DNA from: Selaginella moellendorffii
Lineage: Eukaryota > Plantae > Lycopodiophyta
Direction of reading: 5' to 3'
NCBI RefSeq assembly: GCF_000143415.4
Contig: NW_003314432.1
Location: forward strand, 104,851 to 168,850
Length of the DNA stretch: 64,000 bases
Shown here: positions 24,855-35,699 of the stretch, piece by piece
Position numbering within the stretch: position 1 is the first letter of the stretch
Layout: each line of letters begins with the position of its first letter
The notes under the pieces: model-generated
The model's input: only the letters and a program-made list of their open reading frames with translations
Database searches by the model: none
Told to the model about the DNA's origin: nothing
Translations under genes and position numbers: made by a program

Positions 24855-26430
24855 TCAGCTACTGTTCATCATAGTTGGAGCAGAGGGGAAAATGTCACCA
24901 TATTTCGTGATGAACCAGCTGATTCTGGACCTAGGTCTCTGATCAAAGAGCCAAATACCAACTGCAAATTTGCATGTGAAGAGGTGTTCAAGCATCTCCA
25001 CGGGGTTTTCATTGCATAGAATACACAGAGTTTTGTGAACTGTGAGCCAATCACCAATAGGGATGCTGTCCTGCACAAGAAGCCAGCTTACCTTAGCTTC
25101 CACCAGTGTCTTCCACATGTTCACAATGTACTTCTGATTCTTCAACTTTCGCATAAGCTTGGTGTCAATTTTATCCATCAAAAGCTCTCTGCCATGCTTA
25201 GACCTGTACATAAAAAAAGACACACTGAACTCATTACCTTCCCAGGATAACTGAGGCGGATTCTATATAGGATCAGATATAGGTACTCCCCAAACTAGTG
25301 TATTGCAGAGCATTCTCCCAGTTGAACCTTAGGATCCAGTTCAGTGTATTTCCCTCTCTGATGATCCTTTTACCGAAGGCCATCCTGGGAACTGGGACCT
25401 CCTCGGGAACTATACATGGAAACAGTGCACCACTGTTATGGGGATAAAAAACAATACCTTGAGGTGATGCGGTTGTTTCCATAACATGAGTCTCAGCACC
25501 ATCAAGCATTATCCAATCACGAACCTATGATAACTTCAGTTTGTAAAGCAAGATGAAGGCGATCACAAGCGATGCTGCCTTAAGCTTTGATGTGGAGTTT
25601 TCATCCTGGGTTGTAATGGGTTGTCATGAGGCCATCCGATGAGCAGGGTTTGCTCCAAGCGGACGTTAAACAAATACCTGACTTTACCTTTTTCATTGTA
25701 TCATACCTTGTCCACTGCTGAGGAAGAAAAACAAGATCCCAACAAGAACTTTGCTGTAAGTGATGGCTTGCTAGCTCTTTGTAGATCCAATAAGTTTTTG
25801 ATCGAAGCTCCCACATTTCTATGCCACCTAGGCCAAAAACCTCTACCCAAGCCTGGAGCTGAACAGTCACCTATATACTGTTGATTACTGTTCTTATGCA
25901 CTACGTTGAAGAACAAGCAATCAGCTAATGCCTCTGTCAGATGGTCTGGTTCTTTCTGACTTAACCTGGGTAGGAGTGTGACTTCCATATCTTCAACATC
26001 TCTTTTGCTATTCCATCCTGGACTTTCTTTGTGTTGAGAGGAGCAATGCCAATCGATTCCTTGTTTCTAGTTACCACTCTGTTTAGGCAAGATCTTCTGC
26101 AGCTAAGCTCTGAAGAGGAGGTGCCAGCTCTGGTTTCGTGGATATAAACCTGACACAAGCACTTTGAAGAGAAGAGCTTTGGATTGAATTCCTGGGTGTG
26201 GCACATTCTGAATAACTGAATTCCACTCTACTTTTGCCCAGACTTTGCACCTGCTGGAGTTTCTAAAGTTTCTACATATGTTGTTGGTGATCAAGTGTTG
26301 GTGAGTTATCGGGTGTTGCGGATCCAAGGTTTTTGCTGCGTAGGTCCTTATCACATCGTCCAACAAGTTGGTCCACAAATCTATGTGGTGACACTCAATG
26401 CACAACGTCAAGAGAAGATCCATGTGAAGC
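24855..26430 (-). mobile_element. Non-LTR (LINE) ORF2 C-terminal remnant with zf-RVT-like motif
   Basis: KVSWLLVQDSIPIGDWL...CILCNENPVEMLEHLFTCKFAVGIW matches the CxxC...E...HLF.C..A..IW zinc-binding motif. The upstream extent is uncertain. Confidence 0.55.
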
Positions 26431-28666
26431 GGTTAGCTCGATATTGTGTGTGAACGGATTGATGTAAGGATTCTACCATATATTCTATGATAGATATAGA
26501 TAAACTCAACAAGATTGGAATACACTAACTTTTTAATAATAATAAATAAAAATTTTTTAATGTGTATTTATGGAGCCCACAAGAGTAGGAGTGAGGTGTT
26601 ATTAAATTATGAATCCCACATTATTTATATGCTCATATGATCCTGAGGTTTAGGGATATGAGGGAGTAAGTTTTATGTAGAGGGAGGAAAAATAAGAATT
26701 AATTAGAGTGAAAATACGAGTTATTGTGAAATTAGAGTATAATGTGAGTTAAGAGTTAACACGAGCTAAGAGTAAAAACGTGATGTAGCAGCTTAAAAGA
26801 GGGAAGTAGGAATGCTCAGATGGAGTTCCACCAGGTAGAAAAGACAAGTCATACCTCAAGCCTCGGATTGCTCTCACCCGGTTGCCTACTTTAACCAAGC
26901 CCCGAACCACCCAGCAGTCTTGGCGCACAAGGATGACATCAGCCCTAACCTCTTGCTCCACTGCTCCTACTTCTGAGCTGCTAGCAGCTTCTCCCCTCCT
27001 TAAAAAAAAAGGTCTGTTGTTCTCTTGGAGTTCAAGAGGCATCCTCTTCACCGTCTCCTCTGTTTTTGCTAGCTAGTTAGCTCTTACAAGAAGGAGCACA
27101 AGCCAAGTTCAGCTCCATGCTCAGCTCTATCATCTCCTCTTTAAGACACCTCACCTCTTTGAAGCCATTCAGGAGAGCTAGCACGCTTCACGTCTAGACG
27201 TCCCCCCCTTTTTTCCTTTTTGCGATTGTCTCTTCAAACTCATCATACTTATTTAACTCACCAAACCTTACCAAGCCGAGTGCAGGTTTTGAAACCCCAT
27301 GAGTCACCTTGGCCTTTTTCCATCTTCCAGTTGAGCTCTCCAACAATCTTGACATGCGGATACGTGCAAACTGCTCCTTGAGCCAGGACCATTTCTCCAG
27401 GAGATAACTTATGCTACAACACTCTCCGCTCGACGATCTCAATGTGGAAAGATCCACAAAGCTGTCCCACTCATCATAGTTGTAGAAGAAATCATCCTCA
27501 TACTGCATCTGCAACCTTGCTCGAGCCCGAGCCTCCGCCATCGCAAGCTTCTCCCTCATCTTGATCAGCTCACACGAGGCGGCAAAACAAGTCCAGGTCC
27601 TGAGGAACAACAATGGAATACACCTTTCCCAGGTACCTGTCTCGAAACCTGTGAAAGTACAGTGGACGATGTGGTGTTTCAGATCGCAGTGGAATGATAA
27701 CTTGATGAAAGCAACAAAACCATCGAGCTCGCTCTTTGGGGATCAATTATCATCTCCTCCTTTGAAGCAATGAGCAGCAGGCCTTGATCGCATCCAGAAG
27801 TACTAGAGATAGTCTGCAAAAGCAAGTTTGACACCAGTTATTTTGGCAACACAGAAGAAAAGGAAGAAAAATAAACTCAAGTTTCAAAATTTATGGAGAT
27901 CCATACAATCCAAATCAAGATCAATCCTCCACGAACTTAATGCCGCTTTCAGCACCTCCAAGCTCTGCCGAAAAACGTAGCCACAGTATGCCACAATCGT
28001 TCGCTTGAAAATCTGAAGATGTCAATCGAAGCATGCAAGCAAAAACATGAAGTAAAGAAGTGCAGGTGGACAACAAAGGAGATGAACTGAGCGAGGCCAA
28101 GAACACATATAAGGACTGAATGTAAGCACGTGAGGCCACGTGTGGTTTTTTCCTCCGTGCGTGGCTTCATGTGCGAAGAGTTTGGTGTGGTAAGGTATGT
28201 TGCAGAGCAGCCAGAAGCCCTGGGTGAATATAAGTACGTGAGGCCTTGTGAGGTTTTACCACCGCCCGAGGACTCCTGTGCATGGGCCCCGGGCGAGAGT
28301 CATTTGTGAAAGTGTTCTGCATGAAACTGGTGCCCTGAGGCTTCTGGCCACGTGGCCCCATGATTAATTTGTGTAGAGTGTGGTTTATTTTTGCATATTG
28401 AGTGTATCGATATCTTTTAGTTAGCAGATTATATTGAAGAACTGAAGACGATATTGAACTGAAGATTCTTCAGCTCTTGAGCAACTGATTGCTGCTGGCT
28501 CACTTTCTATATATATCAAAGAGATTTTTTTTTAACAATAAACATCTAAGCTGCTGCAGTTAAGCTGTGACATTGTAAAGTTTAAAAAGGAAAAGAATTA
28601 GAAAAAGAAAAAAACAGAAATCACGAGCATTTTACTACTGCAATAACAAATCGGGATTTCTAGGGT

Positions 28667-31600
28667 ATGTGTGCGGCGCTAGGGTTTGTGTGGTGTGTGT
28701 CATTTCTCAACAATCTCATGGAGTGGAAAACGTTTTTCAGGGATCCCACTTTCTGGTGGGACAACAGGTTCAAGAAGAAAAACAAGTTCTTCTCAGAGTC
28801 CTACCCGGATTTCAAACATGTTTCTACCGGAGAGAGCCTCTGGATCGCCAACAGGAAAACACCGACCTGGGTCTCTGCAAAACTCGAGGCGCTCGCTGAC
28901 CCAGCTGTAGGTAAGGCCACCACGGCCCGCTACAAATCTCCACATACCCCACCTGTAGCTGGTGATGAACCGGTGAGTTTAGGGAGGCTGATACACCGCG
29001 TGAGAGACTCAGCTGAGAGCAGATCCCTTTCTTTGGGAAAACAAGCCCATGAAGCTGTGCTCAAGAGTGATGAGCACAAAAGCAACATCTACTTGTTGAC
29101 GGGATTGATCGATATGTACTGCAAGTGTGGCGAGCTTAAGGAGGCTCGCAAGATTTTCGACTCCATGGGAACCCGGAGTGTTGCGTCCTACAACGCGATC
29201 ATCCAGGGCTGCGGCTCGAACGGGCAAGCTGAACTTGCTCTGGAGTACTACTCTGCCCTGAGAGCTTGTACCACCATTCAACCCAACGATCGGACACATG
29301 TTGCGGTGATCAGCGCCTGCTCCAGACTTGCTACCGAATCCAGCGAGAAGAGGGAGAGAGCTCTACGCATCGGGATGGAGATCCATTCAATGCTGAGCAA
29401 GGAGAAGAAACAGCTAGATCTGTTCGTGGCGACTTGCCTGGTAGACATGTACTGCAAGTGTGGCGAGCTTGAGGAGGCTCGCAAGATTTTCCACTCCATG
29501 GGAACTCGGAGTGTTGTGTCCTACACCGCGATCATCCAGGGCTGCAACACGAACGGGCGAGCTGAACTTGCTCTGGAGTACTACTCTGCCTTGAGAGCTT
29601 GTACCACCATTCAACCCAACAATCGGACTCATGTCGCGGTGATCAGCACCTGCTCCACACTTGCTACCGAATCCAGCGAGAAGAGGGAGAGAGCTCTACG
29701 CATCGGGATGGAGATCCATTCAATGCTGAGCAAGGAGAAGAAACAGCTAGATCTGTTCGTGGCGACTTGCCTGGTAGACATGTACTGCAAGTGTGGCGAG
29801 CTTGAGGAGGCTCGCAAGATTTTCCACTCCATGGGAACTCGGAGTGTTGTGTCCTACAACGCGATCATCCAGGGCTGCGGCTCGAACGGGCAAGCTGAAC
29901 TTGCTCTGGAGTACTACTCTGCCCTGAGAGCTTGTACCACCATTCAACCCAACGATCGGACACATGTCGCGGTGATCAGCGCCTGCTCCAGACTTGCTAC
30001 CGAATCCAGCGAGAAGAGGGAGAGAGCTCTACGCATCGGGATGGAGATCCATTCAATGCTGAGCAAGGAGAAGAAACAGCTAGATCTGTTCGTGGCGACT
30101 TGCCTGGTAGACATGTACTGCAAGTGTGGCGAGCTTGAGGAGGCTCGCAAGATTTTCCACTCCATGGGAACTCGGAGTGTTGTGTCCTACAACGCGATTA
30201 TCCAGGGCTGCGGCTCGAACGGGCAAGCTGAACTTGCTCTGGAGTACTACTCTGCCCTGAGAGCTTGTACCACCATTCAACCCAACGATCGGACACATGT
30301 TGCGGTGATCAGCGCCTGCTCCAGACTTGCTACCGAATCCAGCGAGAAGAGGGAGAGAGCTCTACGCATCGGGATGGAGATCCATTCAATGCTGAGCAAG
30401 GAGAAGAAACAGCTAGATCTGTTCGTGGCGACTTGCCTGGTAGACATGTACTGCAAGTGTGGCGAGCTTGAGGAGGCTCGCAAGATTTTCCACTCCATGG
30501 GAACTCGGAGTGTTGTGTCCTACACCGCGATCATCCAGGGCTGCAACACGAACGGGCGAGCTGAACTTGCTCTGGAGTACTACTCTGCCTTGAGAGCTTG
30601 TACCACCATTCAACCCAACAATCGGACTCATGTCGCGGTGATCAGCACCTGCTCCACACTTGCTACCGAATCCAGCGAGAAGAGGGAGAGAGCTCTACGC
30701 ATCGGGATGGAGATCCATTCAATGCTGAGCAAGGAGAAGAAACAGCTAGATCTGTTCGTGGCGACTTGCCTGGTAGACATGTACTGCAAGTGTGGCGAGC
30801 TTGAGGAGGCTCGCAAGATTTTCCACTCCATGGGAACTCGGAGTGTTGTGTCCTACAACGCGATCATCCAGGGCTGCGGCTCGAACGGGCAAGCTGAACT
30901 TGCTCTGGAGTACTACTCTGCCCTGAGAGCTTGTACCACCATTCAACCCAACGATCGGACACATGTCGCGGTGATCAGCGCCTGCTCCAGACTTGCTACC
31001 GAATCCAGCGAGAAGAGGGAGAGAGCTCTACGCATCGGGATGGAGATCCATTCAATGCTGAGCAAGGAGAAGAAACAGCTAGATCTGTTCGTGGCGACTT
31101 GCCTGGTAGACATGTACTGCAAGTGTGGCGAGCTTGAGGAGGCTCGCAAGATTTTCCACTCCATGGGAACTCGGAGTGTTGTGTCCTACAACGCGATTAT
31201 CCAGGGCTGCGGCTCGAACGGGCAAGCTGAACTTGCTCTTGAGTACTACTCTGCCCTGAGAGCTGATAACACCATTCAACCCGACGATTGGACACATGTC
31301 ACGGTGATCAGCGCCTGCTCCACACTTGCTACCGAATCCAGCGGGAAGAGGGAGAGAGCTCTACGCATCGGGATGGAGATCCATTCAATGCTGAGCAAGG
31401 AGAAGAAACAGCTAGATCTGTTCGTGGCGAATTGCCTGGTAGACATGTACTGCAAGTGTGGCGAGCTTGAGGAGGCTTGCAAGATTTTCCACTCCATGGG
31501 AACTCGGAGTGTTGTGTCCTACACCGCGATCATCCAGGGCTGCAACACGAACGGGCGAGCTGAGCTTGCTCTGGAGTACTACTCTGCCCTGAGAGCTGAT

Positions 31601-33088
31601 AACACCATTCAACCCGACGATCGGATTCATGTCGTGGCGATCAGCGCCTGCTCCACACTTGCTACCGAATCCAGTGAGAAGAGGGAGAGAGCTCTACGCA
31701 TTGGGATGGAGATCCATTCAATGCTGAGCAAGGAGAAGAAACAGCTAGATCTGTTCGTGGCGAATTGCCTGGTAGACATGTACTGCAAGTGTGGCGAGCT
31801 TGAGGAGGCTCGCAAGATTTTCCACTCCATGGGAACTCGGAGTGTTGTGTCCTACACCGCGATCATCCAGGGCTGCAACACGAACGGGCGAGCTGAACTT
31901 GCTCTGGAGTACTACTCTGCCCTGAGAGCTGATAACACCATTCAAGCTGATGCTTGCACCTACACCTGCGTCCTTGTTGCTTGCGGGAGTGTGATGGCGA
32001 TCAAGCTCGGGAGGGAGATTCACCAGCTGGCGAAGCATAAAGGGCTGCTGAAAAACAATCCAGTTCTGGGCTCCAGCCTGGTGAGCTTCTACGGCAAATG
32101 CGGCGATGTTGATTCTGCTCAGGAAGCGTTTGACGAGTGCCGAGCTCGGGACGACACGGGTCTCTGGAACTCGCTCATACAGGCTTACACTCTCCAGGGC
32201 CGATCGATCGAGGCCTTGGAGCGTTTCTATTCCATGACTCAGGAGGAGGGCTGTAAAGCTGACGATGTGAGTTTTGTCTCGGTGTTGAACGCTTGCAGCC
32301 ATGGTGGTCTGGTCGGGAAAGGAAGGCAGCTTCTGGATGAAATGCCCAAGCAGTATGGAGTCAAGCCACGTCTGGAGCATTATGTGTGCCTGATCGATAT
32401 GCTCGGGCGAGCTAACCTCCTCGACGAAGCTGTGAGAGTTCTCAGAGCCATGCCTTTTGAACCGGATGCAGTGGTTTGGACGTCCCTGCTCGGAGCCTGC
32501 CGGAAGTGGAAGAATTACACGATCGGCAAACTCGCGTTTGAGCGTCTTGTGGAGATGGATCCCAAGAGCGACACGCCCTACGCATTGATGGCCAATATAT
32601 TTGGAAACCTGGGGATGCTCAGTGAAAGGGCTACTGTTGTGGAGAGAATGAGAGGTGAAGGCAGCTTCAGGGAGCCCGGGAGAAGCTGGTGGACGGATGT
32701 TAGCTCAGGAAAAGTGCATTCTTTTTCTGTCGGGGATAGGAGTCACTCACAGAGCGACGAGATTGCGGCGAAGCTCAAGCAATTGTTGCTGAGAATGAAA
32801 GAGGAGGGGTACGCGAGTGATGTGATCAACGTTCTAAAAGACATACCCGAGGAAGAGAAAGAGGATCACCTGTGCGGCCACAGTGAGAAGCTTGCGCTGG
32901 GGTGTGCTCTGGTGAACTCGCACCAGAAGGAGACCATCAGAATTGTGAAAAATCTCCGAGTTTGTGACGATTGCCATGCGGCCACTGCTCTCATCTCTAA
33001 GCTGGAAAAAAGGCTAATCATCTGCAAAGATGCCAGTCGGGTTCATGTGTTCCAGGATGGCAGATGTTCCTGTGACAACTACTTTTGA
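28667..33088 (+). CDS. PLS-class PPR-E-DYW putative organellar C-to-U RNA editing factor (DYW of PGxSWWTD type) with N-terminal OSB-like PDF motif, 1473 aa
   Basis: Intact intronless ORF (alternative ATG at 28718). WWDNR..K..PDFKH..TGESLW at 28724-28894; S-P-L array 29087-31951; P2-L2-S2, E1/E2; DYW from PGRSWWTD (32675) with HSEKLA, CDDCH and HVF..G.CSC; ends NYF. Confidence 0.93.
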   Translation: MCAALGFVWCVSFLNNLMEWKTFFRDPTFWWDNRFKKKNKFFSESYPDFKHVSTGESLWIANRKTPTWVSAKLEALADPAVGKATTARYKSPHTPPVAGDEPVSLGRLIHRVRDSAESRSLSLGKQAHEAVLKSDEHKSNIYLLTGLIDMYCKCGELKEARKIFDSMGTRSVASYNAIIQGCGSNGQAELALEYYSALRACTTIQPNDRTHVAVISACSRLATESSEKRERALRIGMEIHSMLSKEKKQLDLFVATCLVDMYCKCGELEEARKIFHSMGTRSVVSYTAIIQGCNTNGRAELALEYYSALRACTTIQPNNRTHVAVISTCSTLATESSEKRERALRIGMEIHSMLSKEKKQLDLFVATCLVDMYCKCGELEEARKIFHSMGTRSVVSYNAIIQGCGSNGQAELALEYYSALRACTTIQPNDRTHVAVISACSRLATESSEKRERALRIGMEIHSMLSKEKKQLDLFVATCLVDMYCKCGELEEARKIFHSMGTRSVVSYNAIIQGCGSNGQAELALEYYSALRACTTIQPNDRTHVAVISACSRLATESSEKRERALRIGMEIHSMLSKEKKQLDLFVATCLVDMYCKCGELEEARKIFHSMGTRSVVSYTAIIQGCNTNGRAELALEYYSALRACTTIQPNNRTHVAVISTCSTLATESSEKRERALRIGMEIHSMLSKEKKQLDLFVATCLVDMYCKCGELEEARKIFHSMGTRSVVSYNAIIQGCGSNGQAELALEYYSALRACTTIQPNDRTHVAVISACSRLATESSEKRERALRIGMEIHSMLSKEKKQLDLFVATCLVDMYCKCGELEEARKIFHSMGTRSVVSYNAIIQGCGSNGQAELALEYYSALRADNTIQPDDWTHVTVISACSTLATESSGKRERALRIGMEIHSMLSKEKKQLDLFVANCLVDMYCKCGELEEACKIFHSMGTRSVVSYTAIIQGCNTNGRAELALEYYSALRADNTIQPDDRIHVVAISACSTLATESSEKRERALRIGMEIHSMLSKEKKQLDLFVANCLVDMYCKCGELEEARKIFHSMGTRSVVSYTAIIQGCNTNGRAELALEYYSALRADNTIQADACTYTCVLVACGSVMAIKLGREIHQLAKHKGLLKNNPVLGSSLVSFYGKCGDVDSAQEAFDECRARDDTGLWNSLIQAYTLQGRSIEALERFYSMTQEEGCKADDVSFVSVLNACSHGGLVGKGRQLLDEMPKQYGVKPRLEHYVCLIDMLGRANLLDEAVRVLRAMPFEPDAVVWTSLLGACRKWKNYTIGKLAFERLVEMDPKSDTPYALMANIFGNLGMLSERATVVERMRGEGSFREPGRSWWTDVSSGKVHSFSVGDRSHSQSDEIAAKLKQLLLRMKEEGYASDVINVLKDIPEEEKEDHLCGHSEKLALGCALVNSHQKETIRIVKNLRVCDDCHAATALISKLEKRLIICKDASRVHVFQDGRCSCDNYF
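29087..31951 (+). repeat. Coding tandem array of 333-bp (111-aa) S-P-L PPR triplets: 8 full units plus a ninth S-P
   Basis: DMYCKCG occurs 9 times at exact 333-bp spacing (unit starts 29087, 29420 ... 31751), with near-identical DNA. Confidence 0.97.
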
Positions 33089-35087
33089 AAACATGTCAGT
33101 GCTCTTTCTTGCAGTTATCCCTGGTTTTAAACCCTCCGTGAGTCAAGCAGAAACATGGGCCGCTGAGTGAGCATGCCTTGTCAAAGTACTGCTGTCAACC
33201 TGAACTTCACGGAGAAAAAATTAACATTTAAAAGTTAAAACTATGCAAAAGGAGTCTTAAATTTAAATTTCTTTTTGGTAGCAGAATCGGGGAATGCTGA
33301 CTAAACCTGCCAACAGGTGCCCCAAAACGGAGTGCCCTAGTATGAAGACTTGCCAGTACCCAACTTTGGGTTTGTGCTCCTAGAGCACGTTGAAGACGTG
33401 TGGAAGCTGGTGACGACAGCATTTGTTTCTTGTGACGTACTCAACAGTTCCTTGGCGACGTCTTCCTTCCAGATTTTTTGAGCTTGTCGTGAGTGGTGAC
33501 CTGCTTGCTCTCTCTGTGACAACTTCTTCCAGCCTCTGGTGCCCAACCTCAAGGCTCTCTTGTGGATGGAGCTAGCCCTACACAGTGTGTGTGTGTATCA
33601 ACCAGCAGACACACAAATCATTGAGAATTAGCAACAAGTGTGTATCATAGGCTTAGTACGTAGTGTACTAGTGTTCATGTACATGTGTTTCAGTTAAATA
33701 TAATGGGCCAAATACACCGAAGAAGTGTGTATAAGAAGAGTAGAAACAAATTAAGAAATTTAAATTAAGAAGTGAAAATGAAAATAAAAATTGTCCATCC
33801 TCATCAGTTTGCTGAAATTAAGTTGGATTCAATTCTTCCAGCTCCAAATATTGTGTGATTGAGTTGTAAGTTAATAGTAGAAAATAAGAAAAAAAACAAA
33901 CATTGAAAAAATAGTGTTTGATAATATCTTCTTTGCTTTTAGTTTTTTATTTTCAAAAGAAAGTTAGTGGGGGAGTAAGATATCTTTGCCGTTCATTGGT
34001 GGTTAATTAAATGAGCATGTTTAGAGATGTTTATAAGAGTTTAGCTCTGGACCAAGAGTACCCGAAAATTAAAGTTCAAAATTTACGTTTTCCCTATTTG
34101 CACAATAACTTAAGCTAAAGTAATGTACTTACCCTTATTTTTTATGGGGATTCGCAAGAAAAAAAAAGGCAAATTTAGAGGATTCTTAAGTAATTTTCAA
34201 AAACCCCGACCAAATCGGTCATCATCCTTCTATATTTAAAAGAGCAAGGGTGACATATTCAATCGAAATTCTTTACGAGCTTAATGGTGGAGATGAAGAC
34301 ATGTGGGAAAAAACAGTTGAGGGTGGAACGTTTTTCTTTTAGGGTAAACCAGCTTTTTTAATGCATTTTTCCAGGAGCGCTTATGTATTTATGTTATGGC
34401 TGTTCATATATGAGGGTTTCATGTTTGACTCTCTCTCGTATCACTGTGCAGCATTGGGAACAAAACAAAGAGAGTGAGCTCCTTGATTCTTCCAAGTTTC
34501 GTTCTCACATTTTTCACAGTTGAATCGCCACTGTTTCTGAGTCTCCAGAATGTATACTTTGGAACGGGTATGTGTATGATTTATGGTCTTTGCAATGTCG
34601 TTTGAATGTGTTTGCATAAGAACAGGTCATGAGTACTGGGAAGATGAAGGCATTGAAGAAAAAAAGCCAGCATGCAGGCAAATGATGAACATATTTCACC
34701 CATATGATCCTCTCACCTATAGGTATCAATATACTTCTGTGTGACCAGTGTTTACATTTATCCTTTCATCCTGATTACAGAGTGGAACCTCTAATATCTA
34801 TTCTTTTTGGAGAAAGTCAATGAATATCTTGGGATACAGGTAATCATAGTTCTTTGTAAGTTTTGTTGTCAAAGCTAGAGGAAATTCTTTGGTTGGGGTA
34901 TGGTTTTGTCACAGTTTTTTATGGTAGTATGGTGACAGAAAGGCTATCTAGAAGTCCTAATGGTAGAGTCGACTTAATGCTACAGGTAAGTCTTGCTCTT
35001 TGCTATCACGTCATTCTCATGTGGATCCAGGATACAAAATTTGAGCACCACTACATATTGGTATCTGATAAATGACAGTAGTGGCTG

Positions 35088-35130
35088 GAGAGAGAGAGAG
35101 TTGGAATCACAGCAGCAGCAGCAGCAGCAG
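35088..35130 (+). repeat. Compound microsatellite (GA)n plus (CAG)7
   Basis: gagagagagagag followed by cagcagcagcagcagcagcag (35110-35130). Confidence 0.85.
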
Positions 35131-35699
35131 CATCACCAGCCAGAAGATCTTAAGGCCATCCACCAGGAGTTTGGGATCAGTCACATGTATGTAGCAGCCA
35201 GGTGAGAAGGTCAGTGCGAGGGACAGGGACGAAGATCTTGTAGGGTCAGCCTTCACCCACAAGCAGCAGAGATTGATGAGGTCACTGGTTTGCTCTATCA
35301 AATATGTCTAAAATGCAAGAGAGTATTCAGAATTTCTTAACGATACAGGTATTGCTCAGAAGAAAAAAACAATGTGCTGCTTCTCCAGGTACTCTAACAT
35401 TCAAGTGAATCCAAGGTGCCTTGTGATGTTTCTCCAGTCCAGTGAATCTGATCAATGGCATCGTGATCAATACAATAGAATCCAGTGAGCTTTGGTTTTT
35501 TTTAAAAAATGACTAACATTGTGATGGTTCTTCAGGCATGTGTTTGCATTCTAGCAAATCCAGGATGGCTGTTTATTGCCAGTCACAAACACCTCACAGA
35601 TGCACAGTAATTTTTTCTAGCACACACTTGCTCTCTAATGCACTAAGCACGTAGACTTGTCTCCTATCTATAGTTTATTGAGAATCCCATTCAGGCTGT

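Noticed and set aside
29087-31951. Tandem array as a CRISPR-like or non-coding satellite
   Set aside because: No repeat-spacer structure; units are in-frame PPR triplets in a eukaryotic gene.
29009-32380. Many 60-211 aa alternative-frame and antisense ORFs in the PPR arrays (also 54690-56396)
   Set aside because: Shadows of the main CDS, repeated only because of the 333-bp periodicity.
34092-34104. Harbinger TIR pair (ccctatttgcaca vs 39978-39990)
   Set aside because: Only 10/13 match and no clear TAA/TTA TSD, so it was used only as a tentative boundary.
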